Part shown: piece after piece, positions 1 through 13,820 of the stretch
Numbering within the stretch: position 1 is the stretch's first letter
Layout: each line of letters begins with the position of its first letter
From: Bipalium vagum
Taxonomy: Eukaryota
Reading direction: 5' to 3'
Assembly (NCBI GenBank): GCA_037834085.1
Contig: JBBMKC010198386.1
Location: 1 to 35,813, forward strand
DNA length: 35,813 nt
Position numbers and translations under genes: made by a program
Notes under the pieces: model-generated
The model's database searches: none
What the model was told of the DNA's origin: nothing
Seen by the model: the letters and a program-made list of their open reading frames with translations, nothing else

Positions 1-69
<69 letters not shown>
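1..69. repeat. (TAT)n microsatellite, truncated by the window edge
   Basis: Perfect TAT trinucleotide run from base 1. Confidence 0.97.
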
Positions 70-759
70 CATAATAAAAATTGAAATCTATTTCTTTTCA
101 GCTCAGTTATCGATAAAAATTAGATCTAAAAAATAAGGAAACTGTCAAAGTTTTCCTAATTCAGAAGTTGTTAAATATTGACATTTTTTATTACTAACAA
201 TTTTTTATAACAATTTCCATGGAATATTTAAATGTTAAAGTAAATTCGAAAAGAATTTACTTGCTGGATATTAGTTAAAGAATTCTATTGAATTTAAAGT
301 TACAGATTTATGGAAAGATGAGAAGTTTAAAATTAGACTAATATCAGAATTTTTATTCATATGAAAAATCATATTTTCTTTACCATGATTATAATCATTT
401 CTCTTATAATTGGTGATTTTATCAATTTCGTTTTAATATATTAAATTGGTCTGAAATTTATCAGTTTTTATTACTAACTTAATACTTCATTGTAATTTTA
501 TTTTTAAATTATTTTAATATTTTTCTTTCTTTAAAAATATATATTTAAATTAAAAATTTAAATTGTGAAAATCAATAATAACAGATTGTCTTACATGAAT
601 TATGGATTTTATTTTATTATTTCAAGATATATATTTGTTAATCGATAAATTGTTATGATTGTTACAAATATCAAAATAATGTACAATTTTGCTTTTTCAT
701 GTAATTCTAAATGTAATCAGTTTAATTTAAAATTATGCATTATTTTTTGAATCTCTTGG

Positions 760-1659
760 AAATGTTTGAACAAAAATTTTGAAATCAAGCTTTATCATAA
801 TGCATCAAAAGCAACTATAAATATTAATTTCACATGAGGTAATGATCAAAAGCAACTATAAATATTAATTTCACATGAGGTAATGATTTTGTAAGCGACA
901 GATCAATACAAAGATATTTTCAAAAATTTAGAAGTGGTAACTTCAGCACTGAAAATGATGACCATGGAAGACCGGCTACGGTCGTAAGTAATGATCATTT
1001 GAAAGCAATACAAGAGAATCGGTTAGAGAACTAGATGAAGAATTTGGTGTAACCAAGTCAGCCATTTCCCAACATCTTTAAAAACTTTGTAAAGTAAAAT
1101 GTAAAGTAATCAATGGATATCACACAAATTAAATCATAACGAAGAAAGTAGGAGATTTCGTATTTGTTCTTCTATGAATATTTCTAACTGAAATTATCCA
1201 TTTTTGACTTGAATTGTAAGTTGTGATGAAGAGTAAGTCTTATATGACAATCAACGAAAATCAGCACAAATATTGGATACAGATGAAAAACCAAAACATG
1301 TACCTAAGAAATGAATTTACCAAAAGAAGAATATAATCACTCATTGATAGTCTGCAGCTGGATTAATTCACTATCACTTTTTATTATAACATCTGGTGAA
1401 CACATGAGAATTTACTGGAAAATTTATTAGCTTTTGTTAATAAAATGAGACCTACTTTGGTCCACGATTATGCAAAACCACATGTTTCGAGATAAACAAC
1501 ACTAAAGTTACATGATTTGAACTAGAAGTTTTACTTCATCAAGATCTTTTACCGGATTGAGTTCAGAAATCCTGATTTATATAAAAGGGGAATTCATAAT
1601 TTTTTATTTCTCGATATCAAAAGTTTATTGCGAACAATGAAAAATATTTTGATGCATAA
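760..1659 (+). mobile_element. Degenerate near full-length mariner transposase
   Basis: Hand translation across frameshifts gives the HTH region NASKATININ..VSDRSIQRYFQKFRSGNFSTENDDHGRP, QWISHKL (WVPHEL-like, ~1111), IVSCDEE*VLYDN (~1213), HDYAKPH (~1463) and the C-terminus RYQKFIANNEKYFDA*. Many stops; the YSPDL region is deleted. Confidence 0.9.
804..885 (+). repeat. Perfect 41-bp tandem duplication inside the mariner ORF
   Basis: atcaaaagcaactataaatattaatttcacatgaggtaatg at 804-844 and 845-885. Confidence 0.95.
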
Positions 1660-1969
1660 AATGTGTATCATAGCTGGGTTTCATGTTTTTCTTGTTGGAC
1701 AACCTGATAGAATTTCGAAAAATGTTAATTCAGATTGTAATTATACATTACACTTATTAATTTTTTCTTTTTAATATATTTTTTTAAATATATTGATTTT
1801 TTTTATTATTGATATTATTTTATAAAACAGTGTTTTGTTATTTTTTAAATTTAAGACGGCTATGAATTATTTCTCTAATATGTAGGTTATTTACAGGAAT
1901 TCAAATTCAATATCTTTTAACCCAGCTTTTAAGTATTTTTTTATTTCGCAAAATATTAATTTTTTACAC

Positions 1970-2036
1970 CGGGGTTTCCCAACCTTTTTGGTATCGCGAC
2001 CCCATTTTTGAAACAAACAAATGTTGGCGACCCCAC
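1970..2036. mobile_element. hAT (Charlie/Buster-like) terminus with subterminal GCGACCCC repeats
   Basis: cggggtttcccaacctttttgg resembles CAGGGTTTCCCAACCTTTTT-type hAT ends. It is preceded by the 8-mer ttttacac with central TA, and gcgacccc occurs twice (~1996, ~2027). The partner end was not found. Confidence 0.6.
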
Positions 2037-2676
2037 TATATATAAAATACAATAACAATTAATTCTACTAATAATTTATTATTAATAACAAAACATTTGT
2101 GTAAACTTTACATAATATATATATTTAAAAATATATAATGATTTAAATTTTACATATTTTGTTTTATCAAATGATATTTCCTTTCAAGCCAAACTTTCAA
2201 ATAATAATAATAAATTGATTTTTAATGGATTGAAAAATATTCTTACTTTTAGAAAAACAAATTCTATTTTCTAATATATAAATTTGCATAATTTATAATT
2301 AAGTTTTAATTTCAGAGGATATTAAAAGTTGAGGCTTCATATCAATATTTTTTAACATTTTTTGAAAATTAAATTTACAGATTTTTTAACCTTTTACCAA
2401 AATTATTTTTTGTCTGTTGTGATTGAACTTTTTGACGTTTCATAATTATTTTAAAATAATATTTTATTTAGCTATACAATATCCATTTATATTTTGATAT
2501 ATTTTAATTAAAATTTTATTCGTATTAAATATTGTCTGGACATAAGGATAAAATAAAATTTAAATGAATCTAATTTTTATATTCAAATTTAATAATTTAT
2601 TTGTGTTTTTATCAATTTATTTTAATTGCTGATTACTAATTTTCCATTTCTGTTCTCCCCTGAAATTTTGACACTT

Positions 2677-2812
2677 NNNNNNNNNNNNNNNNNNNNNNNN
2701 NNNNNNNNNNNNNNNNNNNNNNNNNNNNNNNNNNNNNNNNNNNNNNNNNNNNNNNNNNNNNNNNNNNNNNNNNNNNNNNNNNNNNNNNNNNNNNNNNNNN
2801 NNNNNNNNNNNN
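2677..2812. other. Assembly gap (N run)
   Basis: Run of N. Confidence 1.
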
Positions 2813-3307
2813 ATAAGATTTATTATTATTAGAATTATTTTTTATAAAGGAAATATTGTTATTATTATTATTATTTGACACAAAAATATGATATTGTACA
2901 TGAACAAAAATATAACTTCATATCATAAGATATCATTTTTTTAAAGAAAACAAATCCAAAAAAATAAATTATAACTTTTTCATCATTTCAACTTATACAC
3001 GGTAAAGGATTAATACCAGCCATTTTTTATTGCAAAATAAGCCATCATTAATAATCATAATTCTAATCAGGCTTAGTCTGAAAATAATTTAGAAAATATT
3101 TTTAATTATTTTCTGTACGGATTAATTCTTATTATATTTTATTATTATGTATTATCATATATAATATATTTATAATATATTCTTTAAAATTGAATATTCA
3201 AACCATTTCTCACTGTCACACCACGGTAAATCTGTATTATCAAGGATTTATAATATAAATTAAAATTATTAAATTTTTTATATTAATATTATTTATACAG
3301 TAATTAC

Positions 3308-3351
<44 letters not shown>
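3308..3351. repeat. (ATA)n microsatellite
   Basis: Direct reading. Confidence 0.95.
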
Positions 3352-3352
<1 letters not shown>

Positions 3353-3559
3353 TATAATTTGAAAATTATAAACACACGTGATTTGATTATAGTTCTCATG
3401 ATATAATTAATGTTGTGTTCAAATGTTGGTCATCTATACATACTAATGGAGATACAGCGTTACCAAACAACTGAAATTAATGGAGTTTCCAAAAAAAAGA
3501 ACAAGCAAAATATTGGAACAAACTAAGTTAAAAGAGAGAAAGAAAATTTTTTCGATATT

Positions 3560-4060
3560 CCTAATTTCAAGAAATGGTGTGTTTAATTTCAAAATTTGAA
3601 ATTATGACTTATAAGACATCTAAACGTAATAGGCTATCAACCATGAATTCAGACTCAATCGAAAAATCTGTCAAACGCCAAGTATAAAGAAAGATAGAAC
3701 AAGACAATAAGTACACTTATTAGAGTTTTTCAAATTTGTAAAATTCTCATTTCATAGAAAAAGATAACTAGAAATGGTAATTGCATTACATGGAACACTT
3801 CGAATAGTAAAAGTCAATACATCACTATAAGACTGGGCCAGAATAATGATTACTGCCAGAAGAGTCATTCTGGTGAAACCTATTGCAAAATAAATTTCCC
3901 ATGTCATACTTTGACTTAGAATGAGTCATTTTTTATCACGACAAAAAATGTACATTTTAAAGAAAATCTATAAAAATTAATGAGTTTAATTATGTATCTC
4001 TTTATCCTTCATACAATCACTTTCCGATTACCATCTGTTCCAGTCAATGCAAAATTTTGT
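3560..4060 (+). mobile_element. Highly degenerate mariner remnant
   Basis: DYHLFQSMQNF at ~4026-4058 matches the mariner PSDYHLFRSLQNF motif; there is an eroded HTH-like stretch at ~3560-3660. Confidence 0.65.
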
Positions 4061-5579
4061 TCTTTTTAAAATTTCTATCCGCATTTAAGATGTAAAATGA
4101 AAATTTTTAAATGTGACTACATAAAACAATGTTTTTTTTAAAAAAACGACATTACTTTTCAAATAAGCTAATAATATATTGTCAGTTTAGAAAATTGGAG
4201 CTAATTTACAACGTTATAAAAATAATCTTTAAATATATTAATTTACTTATTGTCAAAGAACTTGCTTTTAAGAAATAATTTATCAACTTCATACGGTCTC
4301 CTGAGAGTTGGAGGTAAAAATAAAATTTATGATTTCATCATAATTCTGGGAATAATTTGTTGATTAATTTAAAAATAAAATTGGAATAAATTTTGTTTGA
4401 AATTTTTTATATTCTGTTTAAGAAAACAGATCTTTTTTAATGTTAAGATTTTGAATTAGTTTTTCAATTATTTATATAAATTATTAAATAAAAGAACCGG
4501 TTAAAGAAACTGCCAACCGCTTAATTTTTTATATTATAATGAATTAAAAATAAAATAATCGATTAAAAATACAATCTGAAATAAATTTATTAATTTTTAA
4601 TTTTAATCAATAATTTATTAATATTTTTAATTTTAATCATTAATTTATTAAATTTTTTATTTTATTCAAGATAAATATTTTTGTAATTAATCTATTTTAT
4701 TTTATAATTTTATAATTTTAACTAAATTCAGTGTAAATTATTAATGCATCATTTTCCAATCAAACAAATATATGAACATTATAAAGTTTGGTTTAGTTTG
4801 ATAGTTAAAGAATTTATTTTCAAACCCCATTAATCAAACAAGTTAGATTATGTCAAATAGAAATTTTGTGTGACTAGTTATATTTAATACTTTTCATTCT
4901 AAATTATTGAAATTTATTTTTATCTTAGAAATTATTATTATATTTTATTATAATAGCGATACATATTTTTTGCAAGGTTCATTTTATTCTAGTGATCGCT
5001 GACATTGTGTGATGATTGATTAAAATGATTTAATTTTTCAATATAAATTTTTGAGGTTCTATAATTTATAAAAAATCTGTACTTCTCAAATCACCATAAA
5101 ACCGTGTCCAGATTGCCACAGTATTTTTTCATATCCCACGAAATTGGTTTGAAATCCATTTAATATCAAAGAATATTTTTTGTTTTGAGACATGAACAAA
5201 GTGAGCGAGCTTTAATGCTGCTTCAGTTGAATATGAGACAATGATGACATTATCATTAGAATGGTTATTAAAAAGTATCATACATATATTTTCTGTTAAA
5301 TATTTATAAATCTTCAAGAATCATTTCTCGACCACTATTTACTAACCTACTTCAAAAATTTTAATTAATGATTAATATAAAATATGAGGTTAACAAGAAA
5401 ATAATCATCGATTTTTCAAAAAGACATTTAACTTCAATTTAACTGTATTTTAAATAAAATAATCAATGTTTAAATAATACTAAAAATAGATAATGAATTC
5501 AAATTCCATTCATTAAAATAATTACATAGATTGCTTTGTCTTGTTTTGTATTTATCAGCTCTAGTAAGGAAGATTAAAG

Positions 5580-6000
5580 GTATATTTCACTTTATATTAT
5601 CGGAACGGAAAAATTACATCTCTAACTTGCAAAAGAATTTTGAATTGTATGGTGTAAATGCAACAAAAGATTACCAATGTCGGAATTGATCTGAAATATT
5701 CCCGAACAGTAATTTTTCATTAAAAAATAAGCAATGATCTCATTGTTCACTAGATTCCAATGACGACGAAATCAAAGGCTTGATCAATGAGGATCAACGT
5801 GTGATATTGCAAGAAAGTTCAGGTTATCACATGGAACCATCGAAATTTATATCAACGATATGGGATACGTGAAAAAACTTGATATATGTATTCCACAAAT
5901 TTAGGGAAAATCATATTTAACAACGCTTTGAAATCTGCGATTTCTTTCATCAACCCAACAAGAATAGCCGATTTGTGAAACAATTTATTACTGGTGATAA
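5580..6000 (+). mobile_element. Mariner transposase, 5' half remnant
   Basis: Translates to ..ELYGVNATKDYQCRN*..NDDEIKGLINEDQRV..MGYVKKLDICIPQ..QRFEICD..FVKQFITGDK, matching GYVKKLDVWVPHEL..FLKRIITGDEKW. It stops at the first catalytic D. Confidence 0.85.
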
Positions 6001-7029
6001 ACTTATATTAATATTATAAGGTTTGGGAATTGTAACTTTGAGGAATTTTGACTATTTTTGAAGTGTTTGGAAGCATTATTTGAAACATTAAACTTAAGTA
6101 ATATTTGTTTTCTAAAAAGTTGTTGACCAAACGAACACAGGTGTAAAATTGGAGTCAGAGATTTTAGAGAACTTGGTTATTATAGATTAATTTTCAACTA
6201 ACAATAATAATATTAATTAAATAAGACACATTTTCAAATATTATGTTTAAATGATAAAATAAAATATTTATAATGAATTATTATTTATTATAATTATTAT
6301 AATAATTGTTCTAAAATAAAATTCCAATAAAAACTTAACTCTTAATTATTTTTAAAGTCTTTTAATAATTTAATTTCAAAGCTTTTTTAAAAAATAATTA
6401 TAGTTTTCCAATTTATTAAAATTTAGACAATTTTTTAATTAAATTTTGATAAATATTGGCGACAGTTTCTCTTTAAACTTGTTTCGAGATAAAAATTTTT
6501 AAGTTTAAGATAATTAACTAACCCATTGAATTTTTCGTAGAATAAATATTATTTTTGAAGAATTTATATTATAAAATAAAAATAATAAAAAAGTATTGTA
6601 AAGATATCAGTTGAAGCTCCTGTAATTTTATTTTAAAAATATTTAATCATTATACATATTTAAATATAAAGAACGATATAGGTATATCACGTTACAGATT
6701 CTGACCAAGTTGGAAAAATTAATATTTTATTAACTGTTTTAAATATTGTTATTATTCTTACAAGTAATTTTATTTTTACTGAAATCTTATGAAAGCCATT
6801 AAATTTACAAGAAAAGTCTGTTAAAATAAGGTAGTTATTATTACTTCTATCAATTATTTTTAAATATAATCATTTTTTTAAAAAACGCACCACTAAAATA
6901 TTAAATATAAACAAATATATTTAATCAGATAAATAAATAAATATTGAAAACACATAGAGATATCGTGTCTTACGTTTCAATCTTGTATTCCTCTTGATAT
7001 GGTGTTAATTATATTTTTTTTCCTTGAGG

Positions 7030-7590
7030 ATCTCAAAATTTTATCAGACATCTTATAAATACAAGGGCTGACCGGAACACAAATCATATGGCCCCTATAC
7101 CATAATGATAGGTATCACTTACGTGTGCCTTATTAACATTAAGCCAACTTTTTGTCGATCGCCACACTAATGTCTCATTCCCAAGGGTCCATCCCTTTGA
7201 CAAAATAATCTGGATTTATCAATAAAGATGATTCCATTCTATACGTCACTTTAATTTGTTTCTCCTTATTCACCATCTAAGTATTGTGGCTTTATAAAAT
7301 GATGGCAAGCTTTGGATGATACTAGCACAGATCAGTACTATTCAATCTTCGATATATAAGGTCCTTAGTGACACAATTTTTCTGAAATTTTTTTTCAAAT
7401 TTATGTCAATTTTTTTGGTCAGCATAATTCTAACTCTAACAGTTGCCAGTGCGATGATAATGCAAGCCTTCATCAATTTTCAATCCAATAAAATAGTGGA
7501 AACGTGTTCCACCTTTATAAATCCCTACTATTCAATCTTTTTCAAAGGTCAATAGTAAATGATTGTATTTTTACGCAAGTTATATTGCAA
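7030..7590 (-). mobile_element. Degenerate Tc1-like transposase remnant
   Basis: Minus strand gives LTFEKD*IVGIYKGG (Tc1 N-terminus), VSLRTLYRRL, FIDKSRLF (FSDESRF-like) and RHT*VIPIIMV*GAI*FVFRSALVFI (RHTGPTPGVMVWGAISYDSRSPLVVI-like). Confidence 0.75.
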
Positions 7591-10025
7591 AATGTAATAG
7601 GAGTATTTCTTATCATTCATGAATTATTTACTTATCTATTTAAGTGATTTGCATTTAAATTTTGAATACTTGATTAAATTCGATTGATTAAACAACAGAG
7701 GTAATCATGTCGATGCAGTTGATTAAAATAATATTTGGTGTGTTTGTTGAAAATGACTATAAAACAGAATTATATAAAAATAATTAATTTTTTATCAAAA
7801 TTGTGTAAAAAATAGTTTGATAACATTTTTCTCTTTTAGAAATTTATTGAAATCTTAGTAAAATGAAGTAATATATATAGGGTTAAAAATAACATTATTT
7901 ATATTTAACTTTAAATATATCGGGTTTTTTAAAAAGTAGAAGAAACAGATTTATTTTTTGAATTACTTATGAACCCTTATAAATATTCATTTACAGTTAA
8001 GTAAAGTTATTATATTTAATTATGTTCAGAAAGGCTTTGTCATATACTCCATATCTTTTTATGGATAATTTGGTTTATTCAAAAATTTCAATTTTACCAA
8101 ATCTCCAATTCAGTTGTAGAACTAAAGTGATCATTTTAATATTTTATTAAAAGACCTATTCATTTCACCATTGTTAATTACATTTTACATTTTTACTTCA
8201 TTTTATTTTATAAAATTGTATACCTTCATATTTCTAATTTGTCTTTTCGCTTTGCTTAAATGGTGAAAATTAAATTTTTTATGTCAATCATTTGATTCAG
8301 AGATGAAAAGGAAGACAATAATCATTTTTAATGACAGTTTATTATATTAATGTCAACCAGAAAAGTTGAGGGAAAATATAAATTTCATGTAATAATGTAA
8401 ATTTTTTAAAACACCCTTAATAAATAAATAAAATAATGATCTCAAATTGAGAGATAAATTTCAGGATTGAAAGAATGGATAATACAGACTGATACGAAAC
8501 TAATTAGAAAATCAATAGTTATTATATTAATTCATGGTCTTTATTGTTTTATTTCTCCACATCTTTTGCATTTTATTTAAAAAATATAATATTTAAAAAA
8601 TATAATATTTTATAAATATTATATATTTTACTCATGTCATCTCACTTAGCGATAAATGTAATTTATCTTTAAAATATTAGTAAAAATATTCAAAATTTTC
8701 ATAAATTTGTATTTATAACATATTAACAAATTAAGATCATCAATATTCCTCTTATAAATAAAAAGTCTGTTGATTCTTGAGATGGATTACGGAAAGTCTA
8801 AAATCTATGTCAACTGTCATAGAATACTTCATTTATATGGATTTAAGTCTCTGTTACAGATTAACAATATAAACATGGTATACAATAAAATGAATACCTT
8901 TCAACTAATCAATTTTTTAATTTCAAAAAATACGGGACATTGTAAAAAATAAATAATATTTAAATAATATATTTTTAATTATTTCCCTTTAAAAAATTTA
9001 TTTACATAAAAAGACATAGTCAATACAATTTTTCTTATCGAAAACGAGAAAATTTTATTTTTATCGATTTGATTTTATACGAAAAATACTCAAATTATTG
9101 TTCGAAACAATTTAATTCGTTTTAGTTAATTGATCTGCAAATAAAAATATTGATTCGTAGATAATTTTTGAATAGGAAATCTTGCAGAAATATTTATAAA
9201 TATAACGAATGAAATACAATAAGCAAAAAATTAATTAGCATTTTTAATAAATTTAACACTATTACTATTAAAAATTAATTTTAAATTAATGAATTTTAAA
9301 ATGTTATTTTATTTATTTTTAGAATATCAGTTTGGAATATGGCATAAAAATTTCATTTAGTATTTTATTGCAATAAAATTGTTACTTTAAAAATATCATC
9401 ATTAATAGGGAAATTTATTATCAATTTTATTTGGCATTGGTGTGTTATATAAGTGACTTTAATGGTAATTTAACGTTTTAATTTTAAATTTCTGTAATGT
9501 TTTTTATTTATAAAATATTAGTTCTCTTTAAAATGAAATAAAACTAAAATTAATAAATGCTTGAAAATTAATATTTATTATTTTTTTGTCTTTTGAAATA
9601 AAATTTTTAGAAAAACGAAATTATTTATTGATAAATTGATAAAAACAAAAATTTTCAACAAAAAGCTTTAAATGATAATTAATATTTTGTAAAATATATA
9701 AATTTTTGATAATTTTGTATTTATTAAGATAAAAATTTACTTACTTTCTATTATAATCTTAAGTGAAAGTCAACTTTTATCAAATCTGATTTGGTTCATA
9801 TGAATTATTGAATATTACTTTAAAATTTTTCATTGGATGATTTCGAAGGCCAATTAAAACCCCCTAAATATTGTCAATACTATTTTTACTTTCCATCTTT
9901 CGAAATCAAACTAATTGATTCGTTTAATAAATAAAATTAAATGTGCTAATTTATAAATGAGAAAGTTAAAAATTAATAATACTTTAATGTAAAATTGAAT
10001 TAAATATATAAAAATAAATATATTA

Positions 10026-10032
<7 letters not shown>

Positions 10033-10062
<30 letters not shown>
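10033..10062. repeat. (TA)n microsatellite with flanking tattaacac repeats
   Basis: Direct reading. Confidence 0.9.
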
Positions 10063-10066
<4 letters not shown>

Positions 10067-10499
10067 CACTTATATTAACACTTACATCCCAGAAATTTAA
10101 ATGATAAATGGAGCTTTTATCAACATTACAAATTATATTATTATATTATATTAAAACTTTTAAATGTTCTTTGAAATAAATTTTAAATTAGCAAAAAATA
10201 ATCAGAATGCGAATAGTTAAAATATTCAAACGTAATAAGGAGAAAAATGTTACGTTCACACATTTTATTTTTATAAGACAAATACAAGAAAACTTATCTG
10301 TGGAAGATATAAAGCTTAAAATCAAAGAAAACAAGAAAATGATCTACCTGTTCTTAAAAATCTAGCCTTTCACAGAAAATAGGTCCTCTGATTCTAAGAA
10401 AATGTTCAACAAGTCACTGTGGTTATTTACTTTAATTAAGTCACATTAAATATGTATAGTAAAATATCGTTATTAAAGATTTTTGTAATTACTGTTTTT

Positions 10500-11330
10500 A
10501 ATCCAGTTTCGGATCATTTACTATTGTAAAAATTGGTTTAATGTTATTTATCTTTTGTTATATAAGTAAAAACCATTGGTTTAAAAATCAGACTCATGTC
10601 CTGACGAGGATCTAAAAGGATTTGGAACAAAAAGTCGAGAATTAACGAATGTTAGGATTTTTTATTTTCTGTTTCTTGTATATTTATTATTTTTCCGGCC
10701 ATGTCATTGCTTCAATTCATGGCCTTGATTATATACCATGCTTTTGGGAACTATTTCGGCCATAGAATCATCTCAATAGTTTTTTTCCTTTTTTATAGAT
10801 TTCATAAAACTTATACACGCGTTTCTGAGCTACTTTGTTTGATTTATGATTCAAATTTCAGTATTATTCAAAAAATGATTAACTTTAGTGTGTTTATTAT
10901 TATTCAATTGGCAACATTATGCAATAAATTTGCAATATTGAAAATATTTTTGAAAATAATATTTCGTATCCAAGTCAGGCTGGATATATTTGACTACACC
11001 TATTAGTCTCCGTCGAATGTTCATAAGCAATTCATTCATTTTCATCCTTTAAAAATTGGCCACTTCTAAAATAAAAAAATCAAAAATTTATTAACTCTCT
11101 TTCAGACAGCTCTACCAGTCACTTCTATGGGAGTTTGAACAGCATCGTCATTAGTCATTTCCGACATACATTTGATTTCATATTTATCTCATCAGTATCA
11201 TTCAATTATTAACTAATTGTTATATCTGTCATTCGCGGTGCCAAATTAAATGTTCTACAGCTCTCAACTATCTGATCAACTCATTATTCAATTCATATAA
11301 ATGACTAAACCTTTTAACTCCCAATGTCAA
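10500..11330 (-). mobile_element. Possible old LTR-retrotransposon 5' region (LTR end, PBS, eroded gag)
   Basis: Minus strand reads ..gtagaaCA tttaatt TGGcaccgcgaa (11251 to 11232), an LTR-end/PBS-like layout. Downstream are eroded zinc-knuckle-like peptides (NQGHELKQ*, ~10705-10735). Confidence 0.35.
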
Positions 11331-12079
11331 ATTTCTCTATATCTTATGTCGATTTCCAAATTTTAGGTAGTTAAAGTAATTATTTTATAATTATGTATAG
11401 TATAATATAACAATGTAAAGAACGCACTAGATGAATTATTAACATTATTCTTTATAGAAAATTGTAAAATATTCACAACATAAATGTTAAGTACTGGAAC
11501 TTTTTCTTTTTTTTGCAATTTCTTTTTTAATGATTTTACTCATTTTTTCAATTTTAGGTCAGAATTATACTACTTGATCATTATGAATATGCTTACAAAT
11601 TCATAAGTACTTAATTTTATTTTATTTGTAAAAATTCTTTAGTATCTGTTGACATGTGAACATGAACCTATTACCGCTTCTGATAAAATATATCCAGAAA
11701 TATACCCAAAATATCGAAACCTGGCTGTTAATGGGAATAATATAACTAACAATATTTTGACAGCTAACATGATTTTCCACTTTTTTATATAAATTTAGTA
11801 ATAAGCACAACATTACCACGAATCGTGAATTATCTGTCTTCATGTAATAAATAAAAAGCAAAAAGTCACATTTCATCATATAATCAAAGAAATAAAACAA
11901 CTTTAATTCTCAATAGAGAATCGCGTTGGTTATCTTACGAAGAATAAATAAATTATTTTATTTATATATTATATAACATGAGAGATAAAATCAATCTCTT
12001 TAGCATAAAATTATTAGTAAAACTAATACCTATTATTTTATAGACTGTACTGAAAAGAAAAGTTTCTTAGTAGTACTAC

Positions 12080-12285
12080 AAACATTTTCTTCATCTCTAC
12101 GGACTGATGAGATCAATCAAAGAAGATATTCAATTTGAAATCTTATTGTCTTCAAATAAGCAATTTGATATTGGACTGGTGTGGAATGGCTGCTTGATTC
12201 ATTAAATCAACGACGGACTTCTGGGAATACTGGAATTTTAGAGAGAAATAAATGAATCCAGAATAATTATATAGAAATACTTTCT
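12080..12285 (+). mobile_element. Possible Tc1-like catalytic-domain fragment
   Basis: KQFDIGLVWNGCL followed by MNPE*/YIEIL resembles KHGGGSVMVWGCF..MNSEKYIEIL; heavily eroded. Confidence 0.4.
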
Positions 12286-12634
12286 GTTTTATGTAATGTC
12301 GTTTGATAAATTTAATACTTACATTAAAACAAATTAATAAATAATCTTTTAGAAAACAAATGGGAAAGTCTGAAATTGATTTTATGATTAAAAGAAAATT
12401 CTTTTAAAAATTTAATATTTCTTTGGTATCTGCAACAAAAGTATAATTTTCTGTAATAATTATTTTAATTGGTTTTGTTAAGGTGTAAAAATGTTGGCTT
12501 TTCTTTATATATTTTTTGAAATTAAAGTATTATGCTCATGATCCTTTAAGTATTTACTGAAGTTACTTATCAAATGTAATTTAGTGCTTAGCAGTTTTTT
12601 GATTTCTCAAGATGAATCCAAGGTTTCAAATCAG

Positions 12635-13060
12635 TTATATATTTATAAAATGTTTTCTCTTTTTGTACATATCAACTCTGTTCCTCGTTTTCTCTTCACT
12701 TAGATAGTGTGGATCTTGTCGTATTTTTTTGTGAATAAAATCGTGTTGATGTAAATACCTCAGGACAGTTGTTTGATGTACATAAACACTAACAGCTAAA
12801 TCGAGTGAACTTGAAAAAAGATTGTCTTTTAAGGCTGTAATCAATTCATAATTCACTAGCAGTGAAGGTCGACCTAAGCGTGGTTTGTCTTCAAGTTTCA
12901 AATCTTCATTATTGAAGCACTTCAACCTCTTAGCAATTGTCTTTTGAGAAACAGTTTCTTCATCTTCAAACTCGCATATTTCCTTGCAAGCATCCCTTGT
13001 GTCCAATCCTCTTTTCCTATAGTGGCGCAACAGCACTCGTATCTCAATTTTTGTAGAAGT
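12635..13060 (-). mobile_element. Mariner transposase N-terminal (HTH) fragment
   Basis: ORF 12635-13117 contains EIRVLLRHYRKRG..ACKEICEFE..LEDKPRLGRPS..QTTVLRYLHQ..RQDPHYLSEE, truncated before the catalytic domain. Confidence 0.9.
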
Positions 13061-13257
13061 AATCCTAATCAAAAATATTGAACTTTTGTATAATCCTGGA
13101 ATATTCATTTTTGTCACTGGTTGTATTTAGGTTTTAAGTTTTATATAAACTGTATTTTATTTAAATAATGATTTGCAAAATCGAGGACACTGTCTTTTGA
13201 ACAAAGTCGTATTGTGAAAATAATACATATGTAGAAACTTTCAATTGTATCAAAATA

Positions 13258-13646
13258 CAGTACTCCAACTAATTATTGCAGCACATTGAAAATACAATAA
13301 ATCTTAACTAATTTAAATTGAAATAATTTTTTTGATTATTGTATTATAAATGAAATATTTGTAAGATTTTAAAATATCTTTTGGCTAATTAATCAACTAT
13401 TTACTTAACATAAAACTGATTTGTTATAATATATCAGATAATTAATTCAAACTAATTATTGCCGCACTAATTTAAAAGTGAAATTATTTAAATCTAATTT
13501 TATAAATTAAACTTTTGAAGATTAAATATTAAATGTAAGTACTTTTGTCTCTCAAATACTAAGATTTTATAAAAAATTTATTTAGTAAGATGAGTAAAAT
13601 AGCAAGATTAATCGACACCGAGAAGGGAATGATCTATGCCTACCAC
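13258..13646 (+). mobile_element. Tc1-like element 5' end (IR/DR-type terminus plus first codons)
   Basis: TA|CAGTACTCCAACTAATTATTGCAGCAC at 13256-13284, inner direct repeat aactaattattgccgcac at ~13450-13467, and ATG at 13590 giving MSKIARLIDTEKGMIYAYH (Tc1 N-terminal E[RK]G.I motif). Confidence 0.7.
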
Positions 13647-13649
13647 TTG

Positions 13650-13820
13650 TCATTTTTTTTCTATCACTATTTTTTATCCAATGCCGTATTAATCTTATTT
13701 GCCATCCATCTGTTGGATTTTCCAGAATCGTTCTTTTCTCAGTACCCGACAACTTACTACTACTTTCTTCGAAAATGATCTCTTTTCTGTGACAAATCAA
13801 TGAACCACATGCCTGGAAGC
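13650..13820 (-). mobile_element. Possible 3' fragment of an RTE-type non-LTR retrotransposon
   Basis: Minus strand RHVVH..SSKLSGTEKR..RWMAN resembles the RTE C-terminal GHVVRM..SKPEGTRKRGRP..RW motif. Confidence 0.35.

Noticed and set aside
2626-2881. ORFs spanning the first N gap (likewise 30762-30971)
   Set aside because: They are open only because of Ns and low-complexity AAT sequence.
4584-4660. ~30-bp AT-rich tandem repeat
   Set aside because: Low-complexity slippage with no spacers; not CRISPR-like.
5129-5317. 62-aa minus ORF with faint MULE-like flavour
   Set aside because: No intact DGTF-type motif; the similarity is too weak to call.
7316-7555. 79-aa hydrophobic ORF resembling a membrane peptide
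   Set aside because: It is the antisense frame of the Tc1 remnant, and the hydrophobicity follows from T-richness.
10701-11900. ORFs of 101 aa and 92 aa
   Set aside because: F/I/L/K-rich chance ORFs with no recognisable domain.
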